Position numbers and translations under genes: made by a program. Positions 11,479-19,276 of a DNA stretch of 32,000 bases are shown piece after piece. Below the pieces are notes generated by a model. That model had not been told where the DNA came from. It ran no database searches and saw nothing but the letters and a program-made list of their open reading frames with translations. Source of the DNA: Wolbachia endosymbiont of Litomosoides sigmodontis (GTDB taxonomy: Bacteria > Pseudomonadota > Alphaproteobacteria > Rickettsiales > Anaplasmataceae); contig NZ_CP046577.1 in assembly GCF_013365435.1 (NCBI RefSeq), positions 690,001 through 722,000 of the forward strand, given 5' to 3'. Positions within the stretch are counted from its first letter, which is position 1. Each line of letters starts with the position of its first letter.

Positions 11479-11750
11479 CTAATTCTGATTGTTAGTAGGT
11501 CAAATAAGTAATATTACAGAATTACCTAATCGCAGAGTAAGAAAGAGAGATAATAAATCTGCACGAAGCGCTTTCAAGCAAAGCAATTGTATTATAGATT
11601 TTATTGTGCAAAATTTTTTCTGGATTACTACTCTCATTTCTTTAAATGTAACATTAGGGTTTTTTTATATCTACACTTCAACTTATTCAATAAATACGAC
11701 CTTCTTTTCCACTATTATCTCTCTCCGGTTTCTTATACAGTGGGAATTGG
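11479..11750 (-). mobile_element. IS630-family mini-derivative (~270 bp) retaining both termini (fragment D1)
   Basis: About 145 bp of the right end is joined to ~75 bp of internal sequence and ~50 bp of the left end (...cagtgggaattgg), by comparison with copies F and G2. Confidence 0.65.
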
Positions 11751-11752
11751 TG

Positions 11753-12003
11753 TTAGAGCATAGGTTAAAGTAAAATTAGGTGGATAAAATTTTTATCCCA
11801 TAGGTTCAGTAATTCTAAAAATTGAGCTCACTCTTATTAAGAGACTTTGATTATTATATAAAACAGAACATTTTACGTAATAAAGTCTATAATATAATTG
11901 CTTTGCTTGAAAGCGCTTTATGATAATTTATCATCTTTCTTTCTCACTTCACAATTACATAACTCTGCAGTGTTATTTTTTGACCACTAAAAATAAAAAT
12001 TGG
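11753..12003 (+). mobile_element. IS630-family relic, 3' fragment with internal deletion (fragment D2)
   Basis: Starts at the internal ttagagcataggttaaagtaaaattagg and ends at the right terminus ...aaaataaaaattgg|ta. About 170 bp is deleted before the ...LIKRL* remnant. Confidence 0.65.
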
Positions 12004-12172
12004 TATTAATAATCATAAATATGCTCGTGTTGATAATAGACAATATCATTATTAATGAACCTATTAGAGCACTTTTTTTATATTATCTTCACTGAACGTT
12101 AAATTAACTATATATTTAAAGCCATAAGGATATATAGTTAAAAATTTACCTATATTGTAGTAACCATTCACT

Positions 12173-13486
12173 TTAAGTATTTCTTCCGACTTCAACAAAA
12201 AATAAATTGTCAGGATCCAATAAAGAATTCGCTAATTCATTTACTTTCTCTAGCTTAACATAATTAATGATATCCACATAACTATTTATGTAGTTAATAT
12301 CACGATCATTTATTTGCGTATCATCTAATAGCATTGCTGTATTTGTATTACTAGATAAAAAAAAGGTAAGGTTGTTTACTAAACTAATTTTAGCATCTTT
12401 GAATAATTGTTCATCAATTCCTTTCTTTTTTATTCTATTCAATGTATCTTTTACTGCTAATATAGCCTTGCCAGCAGTAGAACTATCAGTACTCATATTT
12501 CCAACTATAGCATTACCATGTTTATTGGGAATAACACGCGCAAAAATACTGTAAGTAATACCCAAATTTTGTCTCAGCTCTCTCATTAATATTGAGTTCA
12601 GTCCCATACCACCAAGAGCATTAATTAAGACGATAGCGTTGTAATAATCAGGATCTTCATAAGATATACCTTTTTGAGCAAAAAATATTACACTCTGCGG
12701 TATATCCATAAAAATGTTTTTACTTTCTGCAGGACCAAAATCGTTTCTTATAGGCATTTTTTCAACTTTTGATCTCTTTAATGGTAGTTTGTATAAGTAT
12801 TTATCCAGTAGTGTACTAACTTCTTCCTTTGTTGTGCAACCAACAACACTGATAACTATATTATCTTTAGCGAAATTACGCTTTACGTATGCTAAAACAT
12901 CATCTCTAGTAAAGCTCATTACAGTGTCAAGAGTTCCATATTCACTTTTTGAGTAAGGATGTTTTTTAAACAATAATACACTCATTTTTTTTTCAGCAAC
13001 AAAATAAGGATTTTTTTCAAGATTATTAAAATTAACTTTGGCTTTCTCGAAAGTTCTATTCAATCCTTCTTGGTCAATCTTAGGGCGCATTATAGCATCG
13101 CTTAGCAACGAAACTGCATCCTCTAAATTTTCAGATAAAGTATTTAACGAAACCCTAAATGCTTCCAAATCAGCAATGAAATTTAAATTAATTCCTTTAT
13201 TTTCAAGACTTTTTGCAAAATCCCTGGCATCATTTTTGCCCGCTCCTTCTTGAATTGCAAGAGAAGTGAACCAAGTGAGTCCCTGTTTATCTACGTTCTC
13301 ATACGCGTAACCTGCATCTTTAAATGATATATTCAGTGAAACCTTTGGTAAATCGCGGTTTTCAACGAATAAAAACTTAAACCCCTTCCTAGTAGTGACC
13401 TTTTCTATATTTAAGTTACCACTTGCTTGTAAATTAAAGCCTAGACAGAAAAAAAACAGAAACACAAATTTACTTATCTTCATCAT
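12173..13486 (-). CDS. M16 (pitrilysin/insulinase) family peptidase-like protein, lacks the zinc motif
   Basis: 437 aa with M16 architecture. The position aligned to HxxEH in the upstream paralog reads GLTWFTSLAIQEG. It has an N-terminal signal-like hydrophobic segment. Its start overlaps the upstream stop by 1 nt (TAATG). Confidence 0.85.
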   Translation of the reverse strand: MMKISKFVFLFFFCLGFNLQASGNLNIEKVTTRKGFKFLFVENRDLPKVSLNISFKDAGYAYENVDKQGLTWFTSLAIQEGAGKNDARDFAKSLENKGINLNFIADLEAFRVSLNTLSENLEDAVSLLSDAIMRPKIDQEGLNRTFEKAKVNFNNLEKNPYFVAEKKMSVLLFKKHPYSKSEYGTLDTVMSFTRDDVLAYVKRNFAKDNIVISVVGCTTKEEVSTLLDKYLYKLPLKRSKVEKMPIRNDFGPAESKNIFMDIPQSVIFFAQKGISYEDPDYYNAIVLINALGGMGLNSILMRELRQNLGITYSIFARVIPNKHGNAIVGNMSTDSSTAGKAILAVKDTLNRIKKKGIDEQLFKDAKISLVNNLTFFLSSNTNTAMLLDDTQINDRDINYINSYVDIINYVKLEKVNELANSLLDPDNLFFVEVGRNT

Positions 13487-14811
13487 TACCCCCTTATTGG
13501 TAGCAAACGACCAACCAACTTATTAGCAGAAAAGATGGTGCGAATTTTACTATTCACATCTTCTAAATTAACATCATCAATTTTACTATATGAAATATCT
13601 ATTTCATCAAGTGGAATACCAAGCGCTAGATGTGAACCATAGAAAAATGCTATATCAGTTAAGCTCGATAGATTATCAAGCTGTGCTGCCTTGTACCTAT
13701 ACTTTGTGCTTTGCAATTCCTCATTCGTTATTCCTTCAGAAATAAAGTAATTAATAGCACTATCTAGCTCTCTTTCAACGACATCTAAACTTACTCCGCT
13801 TTTTGGAGTTATTTTAATATCAATATAACCATCACTAAAAGTTAAACTATCATAATAAGCAGAGACCGACACTGCTATGTCTTTATCTAGAACCAAATCT
13901 TTATATAGTTTACTAGATTTGCCACTCCCTAAAATATTAACTGCCAAATCAACAGTAGAGGTTTCACTTATATGCTTAAATAAAGGAACACGATAACGAA
14001 AATATAACACTGGTTCTTTTACTTTAGTGCTTTCTAAAGTTACTGATAAATCTGCATTATGTACTGGATCCTGATTTGGGTAATATCTAATTACTGGCTT
14101 AGCTTTAATTTCTCCATATTTTTCTTTCGCTAATCTCACTACTTCATCAAATTCAACATCACCAACAACCAGTAGTATTGCATTATTTGGGTGATAATAA
14201 TTATCATGAAACCTTGTTATATCATCCTGATTGTAAGTTTTAATATCATTTTCCCAGCCAATAACAGGTCTACCATAGCCAGTACGGTAAAATGCACTAT
14301 TCATTTCTTCCCATAATAAATTGCTAGGATGATTGTCAAATCTCATCTTTCTTTCTTCCAGCACAATGTTTTTTTCCCTATCTATTTTGTCTTGAGTAAC
14401 ATTAAAGTTGCCCATTCTGTCTGCTTCGACTTCCATTGCCAGTGGTAAATCTTTTTTGAGGACCAATTCGTAGTAAATAGTATATTCTTTAGTCGTACCA
14501 GCGTTAAATTGAGCCCCGATACTGCTCATAGTAGATTCTATGTCTTTAAACTTTCCTATAGTTTTAAACATTAAATGTTCAAAATAGTGAGCCAGTCCTG
14601 TTTTGCCGATTAAATCATCCATTCCTCCAACTTTATATATTACTGCATGTAGAACAGCAGGAATTCGATGATTAGGTACAACATAAACATCTAATCCATT
14701 GCTAAGTTTAACATGCTTTGCGTTATATTCTACACTTTCAGCTTTCAGGACAATTAGACAAACGGGAAAAAATATAAGCAATATAAAAAAACTAAAAAAC
14801 TTATTAAGCAT
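13486..14811 (-). CDS. M16 family zinc metallopeptidase (HxxEH active-site form)
   Basis: 441 aa carrying GLAHYFEHLMFK (the inverted zinc motif HxxEH) and a downstream LEERK-type glutamate region. It has an N-terminal signal-like segment. Confidence 0.9.
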   Translation of the reverse strand: MLNKFFSFFILLIFFPVCLIVLKAESVEYNAKHVKLSNGLDVYVVPNHRIPAVLHAVIYKVGGMDDLIGKTGLAHYFEHLMFKTIGKFKDIESTMSSIGAQFNAGTTKEYTIYYELVLKKDLPLAMEVEADRMGNFNVTQDKIDREKNIVLEERKMRFDNHPSNLLWEEMNSAFYRTGYGRPVIGWENDIKTYNQDDITRFHDNYYHPNNAILLVVGDVEFDEVVRLAKEKYGEIKAKPVIRYYPNQDPVHNADLSVTLESTKVKEPVLYFRYRVPLFKHISETSTVDLAVNILGSGKSSKLYKDLVLDKDIAVSVSAYYDSLTFSDGYIDIKITPKSGVSLDVVERELDSAINYFISEGITNEELQSTKYRYKAAQLDNLSSLTDIAFFYGSHLALGIPLDEIDISYSKIDDVNLEDVNSKIRTIFSANKLVGRLLPIRG

Positions 14812-14862
14812 TATTCTTATCTAATATAGTTGAACTCAAAACAATGATTTTATTCCTCAACT

Positions 14863-15327
14863 TTACTTGGAAATAAGCCTATCATATATGTACCATTTAT
14901 ATAATAATGTAAACATTCCACAAGCTATATATAAATCTGCTAAATTGAAAGCTGGCCAGCACCAATTGCCAATATGAAAATATATGAAGTCATATACAGC
15001 TCCCCAGTAAATCCTGTCAACCACATTTCCTATTGCTCCACCAATCATCAAAGAAAAACCAAGACAAGTTAATTTATCATTAGACTTATAAACCAAGTAT
15101 GCAAGTACACTAACTATTAGTGTTGAGAACGCTGAAAAAAAAAGACCGTTATATGGTAAGGTGCTGAACATTCCAAAACTAATGCCTGAGTTCCATACTT
15201 CAACTAATTTTATAAATCTGGAAACCTCAATTGATTTTCCCTCATCAATCAATGAATTTATATAAAGCTTGCTTGCCTGATCTGTTAATACTATAATAAG
15301 TATAACAATCAAGCATAGTTTTTTCAT
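14863..15327 (-). CDS. lspA: lipoprotein signal peptidase (signal peptidase II)
   Basis: 154 aa with four hydrophobic segments and the motifs NSGISFGMF, GGAIGNVVDR and FNLAD. There is an ATGA overlap with the ribF stop. Confidence 0.92.
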   Translation of the reverse strand: MKKLCLIVILIIVLTDQASKLYINSLIDEGKSIEVSRFIKLVEVWNSGISFGMFSTLPYNGLFFSAFSTLIVSVLAYLVYKSNDKLTCLGFSLMIGGAIGNVVDRIYWGAVYDFIYFHIGNWCWPAFNLADLYIACGMFTLLYKWYIYDRLISK

Positions 15328-16352
15328 AAATCCGTCCCTAACCGATAAGCTTCAAATATATCATGATTTATCTGTTTTGTTAATTCGTCAACACTAAGAA
15401 ACCTCTTTTCCGATCTTATGAACTTTAAAAGTTGTATATTAACCTTACAATCATATGCGTCTTCATTAAAATTGAATATGTGCATTTCTGCTATGGGCTT
15501 TTTTAAATCCTTAAACGTAGGCCTCATACCAATGTTGACTACTCCGTACAGCCAATTTGGAACCTTATTAGGGAATGAATCTTTTGCAAAATCTTCTGTT
15601 ATTCCATTCCTTTGACACTGGGATCTACAAATTCCAGCATTACGTACTGAAATAACATCTAAAGAGGTAAATGCCACCTTAGCATAATATGTACCAAACT
15701 TAGGTTTTATCATCCGATCCTCTATTGGAATGTTTATAGTTGGGAATCCGATTTTTCTACCTCTAAGCGCACCTTTCATTACAGTACCAGAAACTTGATA
15801 AGGCCTGCCAAGTAACTTATTAGCAATTTCTATTTCGCCCTTTTGCATGTGCTCCCTAATTGAAGAAGAAGAGCAAATTTCTCTACCAATTGTTAATAAT
15901 TCTAATTCAGTCAAGGAGTATCCATACGTTTCAGAATGTTTCCTTAAGGTTAGTGTATTGCCCAATCGTTTATGACCAAAAGTACAACTTTCTCCGACAA
16001 TTATGTGTTTAGTGTTATACTTATCTACCAAAATCTTGCTGATAAAGTCATCACAGCTGATTTGAGAAAAATCTTTATTAAAATTGATAATGTATAAGTA
16101 ATCTATACCATAGCTGCTGATTAATTCCTTTTTTTGTTTCTGATTTATCAATTCAAAGTTATTCTTATTAAATAAAACAGTCGATGGATGAGGTTCAAAA
16201 GTTAAGATCGCGGAGGGTAATCCTCTTTCTTGTGCTATCTTTTTTAAAGTAGAAATTGCTAACTTATGTCCTAAGTGAATGCCATCGAAGTTTCCAAAGG
16301 TTAATGCTACGTTATTTTCTGTTCCTCGCTCGCAATCATAAATAATTTTCAT
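15324..16352 (-). CDS. ribF: bifunctional riboflavin kinase / FMN adenylyltransferase
   Basis: The N-terminal part carries GNFDGIHLGH. The kinase domain carries GFPTINI, NIGMRPTF and EMHIFNF. It contains an extra ~40-aa segment (see findings). Confidence 0.9.
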   Translation of the reverse strand: MKIIYDCERGTENNVALTFGNFDGIHLGHKLAISTLKKIAQERGLPSAILTFEPHPSTVLFNKNNFELINQKQKKELISSYGIDYLYIINFNKDFSQISCDDFISKILVDKYNTKHIIVGESCTFGHKRLGNTLTLRKHSETYGYSLTELELLTIGREICSSSSIREHMQKGEIEIANKLLGRPYQVSGTVMKGALRGRKIGFPTINIPIEDRMIKPKFGTYYAKVAFTSLDVISVRNAGICRSQCQRNGITEDFAKDSFPNKVPNWLYGVVNIGMRPTFKDLKKPIAEMHIFNFNEDAYDCKVNIQLLKFIRSEKRFLSVDELTKQINHDIFEAYRLGTDL

Positions 16353-16414
16353 AACAATTTGATATTTTATATGTTTCTTGTATATTACTATAATAACTGT
16401 ATTTTAGAAACTTT

Positions 16415-16420
16415 AGGAGG
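16415..16420 (+). promoter_or_regulatory. Shine-Dalgarno (AGGAGG) for the glutaredoxin gene
   Basis: A perfect AGGAGG lies 6 nt upstream of the GTG start at 16427. Confidence 0.5.
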
Positions 16421-16426
16421 TAAATT

Positions 16427-16792
16427 GTGAATGCTAACGGAAAGGTTGTCATATATATAAAGCAGTATTGTCCATTCTGTAAGAAAGCAAAGGAATTATT
16501 GGATGAAAAAGGTATAAAATATGAAGAAATTAGCGTGCTTGAAAAGCCAGATTTGTTTAATGACATAAAGTCAAAATATAATGTTAGAACAGTTCCGCAA
16601 ATTTTTATTGTTGATGAAAACGGCGATTATGTACACCATATTGCTGGATATGATAAATTGATGAACCTTGAAAAGGAAGGAAAGTTAGATGATATGTTAA
16701 GTATCAATTATGATAAAATTGATGTAACAACTTATACAAGTAGCAGCAATGAATATGAAGAATGTGTAACATCTCATGATGATTTTATGTGA
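16427..16792 (+). CDS. grxC: glutaredoxin (CPFC type) with acidic C-terminal extension
   Basis: VVIYIKQYCPFCKKAKELL and TVPQIFI are glutaredoxin hallmarks. The gene has a GTG start with a strong SD. About 30 extra C-terminal residues are present. Confidence 0.85.
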   Translation: MNANGKVVIYIKQYCPFCKKAKELLDEKGIKYEEISVLEKPDLFNDIKSKYNVRTVPQIFIVDENGDYVHHIAGYDKLMNLEKEGKLDDMLSINYDKIDVTTYTSSSNEYEECVTSHDDFM

Positions 16793-16886
16793 TTTTTCTC
16801 GCTTTTATTGTCTTGTAACATTCAAATGAAAAACTATCATATTTGCTTTAAATAAATTTTAATGAATTAAAAATACAATTCATTTA

Positions 16887-17780
16887 GTGGGTTTTTTTAG
16901 TGGGAAAATGATAAAAAATATTTCAATTGTTAGCAAGAACTTAATTACTATTGAACTAGTTGACAAACAAGATTTAGGTGATTTCATTAAAATTTTCACA
17001 GTACTCGATAAACATGTAGCAGCTAAAACTCTTTTTACAGAAGAGGTGAGGATAGAGTATAAACAACAAGATAGCATAGAGGTTGTTGATCTACTAAAAA
17101 GTTCAGGCTTCACGTACCATGATGTTGAAAATGTATTGTACCACTTGAGTAAACACGGAATGAAGGTGCCAAGTAGCGTTATAGCTCGTACTCTTTCTTC
17201 TGCATGCAATCATGTACTTGAGTCTAAGGACATAGCGTTTTCCTTTTTTAGCAATTCTCCACAATTCAACATTAGGGTGAATAAAAATACCTTCATCATG
17301 ATTCCTATGAGCGAAGAAAATTTAAAACTCAATTCACGAAATAGTAAAACGTTAACAAAGCTGTTAAAGAATGAAAAAAGTACGTATGATTGCGTGGTAA
17401 AAGAGAATAGTATCAACATAGTAGTAAACTCTGAGATACATCAAACAATAAATTTGATCGTAAAATCACTGATACACTCTTGCCTTTTAGCAAAAGAGGA
17501 AGAAGTAAAACTCAAAGAACAACTGAGACAACTTGCTTTTAAAGATCAAGCTTTTATTGAGTATTCCAGTATCAAAACCATCAATAGATATCCACAAAAT
17601 CATCCTTTGAGAAAGTATGAAAATATTACTAAGAATATAGAAGACATTTTATGTAACTTTATAGCCAATGAGAATAGCGAGTTTGCTGTAAAGCAATTAA
17701 ATAGACTTAATTTAGAAGTTTCTCCAGATACTCCAAGAATCATTACTAAAACTATAGATAAACTTGTTAAGTTTCACTGA
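16887..17780 (+). CDS. hypothetical protein (297 aa), no recognisable domain
   Basis: Long uninterrupted ORF in an AT-rich, stop-rich background. It has a GTG start at 16887 or an ATG at 16908. No signal peptide or TM segment is apparent, and there is a predicted coiled-coil-like stretch (AKEEEVKLKEQLRQLAFK). Confidence 0.55.
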   Translation: MGFFSGKMIKNISIVSKNLITIELVDKQDLGDFIKIFTVLDKHVAAKTLFTEEVRIEYKQQDSIEVVDLLKSSGFTYHDVENVLYHLSKHGMKVPSSVIARTLSSACNHVLESKDIAFSFFSNSPQFNIRVNKNTFIMIPMSEENLKLNSRNSKTLTKLLKNEKSTYDCVVKENSINIVVNSEIHQTINLIVKSLIHSCLLAKEEEVKLKEQLRQLAFKDQAFIEYSSIKTINRYPQNHPLRKYENITKNIEDILCNFIANENSEFAVKQLNRLNLEVSPDTPRIITKTIDKLVKFH

Positions 17781-17964
17781 AATAATATAAATTGATGTTT
17801 GTACATAACCTATTATTTCAATTTATAACTTAAGTCTGCACCAGTAGAATTTATATGGAAGATCCAAAAAAATTAAATATTTAAAATATTGAAGACAATT
17901 ATCATCTTCTTAGAAAGAAAGCCACATGCTGCACTTAGCTCTTATGCAAAATATTGCTAGCCTC

Positions 17965-18685
17965 TTGCAAAAGGGACGTTATAAACAACATTGGGCAAAA
18001 AAGTCGCGAAATCAAAAGCAAAAGAAACGCTGAAGAGAGCGCAAAATAACGCATATATGTAAAAGGAACTAAATGCTGTAATAATTGTAGCAAAAAAGTA
18101 CAATATGACACTGTAGCAAAAACATGTTGCTTTTAAAGAGGAGCATTGACATTACATGAATAAAGCGCCTAAAATTTAGAAGAGAAGAAGAATTACTTGG
18201 CTTCCTCAACTCTTCGTAGAAAAACTAGATTGAATCAGAATCAATTTAAACAGGTTTAAAGTATGGATATAAGGATATACTAATATTATAATTAAAGAAA
18301 TGAAAATAAGAATCCAAAAGAAATTTAGTTTGACTTTCAGAAGTCTACAGTACACCATAATATGTAAAAAATGGAGTTTTTATATATTACATCAAGATCA
18401 ATTTATAATGAACAAGATAAAGGTAAACAGGAAGAGTTAAAAAAAACTTAATGAACTGTAGTTTAGCATATAAAAGTTAAACACGAGCGATTTAAAAGTG
18501 ATGTTAGAATACAGATTAGAGTAAAATTAGGTAGACAAAATCTTTATCTCTACAGTCTGGGTAATCCTAGAGATGGTAGAGAGCTCTAGCTGTTTACACC
18601 ACAGAAATGTCATCACTGATTATATGAATATTTCTTGCACAAATGTAGCAATATTTAAGAATACAAGAACCCTTTCTTGCTACAA
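17965..18685 (+). mobile_element. IS630-family relic, truncated at both ends (copy E)
   Basis: Collinear with A2 and C from ...aaaaaagtcgcgaaatc... to ...aatacaagaaccctttcttgctac. The last ~300 bp, including the NPIE region and the right end, are missing. Confidence 0.7.
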
Positions 18686-18754
18686 AAATTATAAAATATA
18701 GTCATTTATTTAAATAAAAACTAGTTAAAGATTTTACTTAGTAAATCCTACCTG

Positions 18755-19264
18755 CTACTTGGCAGCCAGAGCCAAGAAATATTGATTTCCTTCTCGTTTA
18801 GGTGCTAATTCTATTTTAGCAATATCTTGAGTATCTCTAATTAGCCGTTCTAATTTTTCTAGCCCAATTTCAGTATTTATCAGCTCTCTGCCTTTAAATT
18901 TCATTGTAACCTTGATTTTATGCCCATGTGTAAGAAAATCTCTCGCGTGACGCAACTTTGTTTCATAGTCATGATCACCAATATTAGGACCTAGTTTAAT
19001 TTCTTTTACAGTCAATGTTTTCTGTTTCTTTTTTGCTTCACTTGCCTTCTTTTTTGCATCGTACTTTTGCTTACTATAATTCAGTATTTTACATACCGGA
19101 GGAATCGAATCAGGTGCAACTTCTACCAAGTCTAAACCTACATCCTGTGCAAATGTCAAAGCCCTTTCTATTGATACAATTCCAACCATCTCGCCATTAT
19201 GATCAACTAAACGCACCTCCTTGGCTGCAATAAACTCATTAACTCTGTTTTTTTTAACTTGCAA
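18755..19264 (-). CDS. infC: translation initiation factor IF-3
   Basis: Carries the conserved sequences EVRLVDHNGEMVGIVSIERAL, GLDLVEVAP and PPVCKILNY. It has a TTG start; an in-frame TAA lies 2 codons upstream, and the first ATG is at codon 26, inside the conserved domain. Confidence 0.9.
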   Translation of the reverse strand: MQVKKNRVNEFIAAKEVRLVDHNGEMVGIVSIERALTFAQDVGLDLVEVAPDSIPPVCKILNYSKQKYDAKKKASEAKKKQKTLTVKEIKLGPNIGDHDYETKLRHARDFLTHGHKIKVTMKFKGRELINTEIGLEKLERLIRDTQDIAKIELAPKREGNQYFLALAAK

Positions 19265-19271
19265 GTTTTAA

Positions 19272-19276
19272 CTCCC
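19272..19276 (-). promoter_or_regulatory. Shine-Dalgarno-like GGGAG for infC, directly after the thrS stop
   Basis: The minus strand reads TAA-GGGAG-ttaaaac-TTG, i.e. thrS stop, SD, 7-nt spacer, infC start. Confidence 0.45.

Noticed and set aside
16880-17209. Antisense or shadow ORFs inside real genes: 16880-17209, 17210-17419, 21838-22080, 5654-5938, 16336-16566, and the many 60-95-aa ORFs opposite iscS, M16, thrS, purH and fabI.
   Set aside because: Each is fully nested opposite, or overlaps, a strongly supported conserved CDS and has no independent signal.
17788-17826. Inverted repeat ataaattga...tcaatttat after the 297-aa ORF, considered as a possible terminator.
   Set aside because: The stem is pure A/T, the loop is 21 nt, and there is no following T-tract. 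This is not distinguishable from background in AT-rich DNA.
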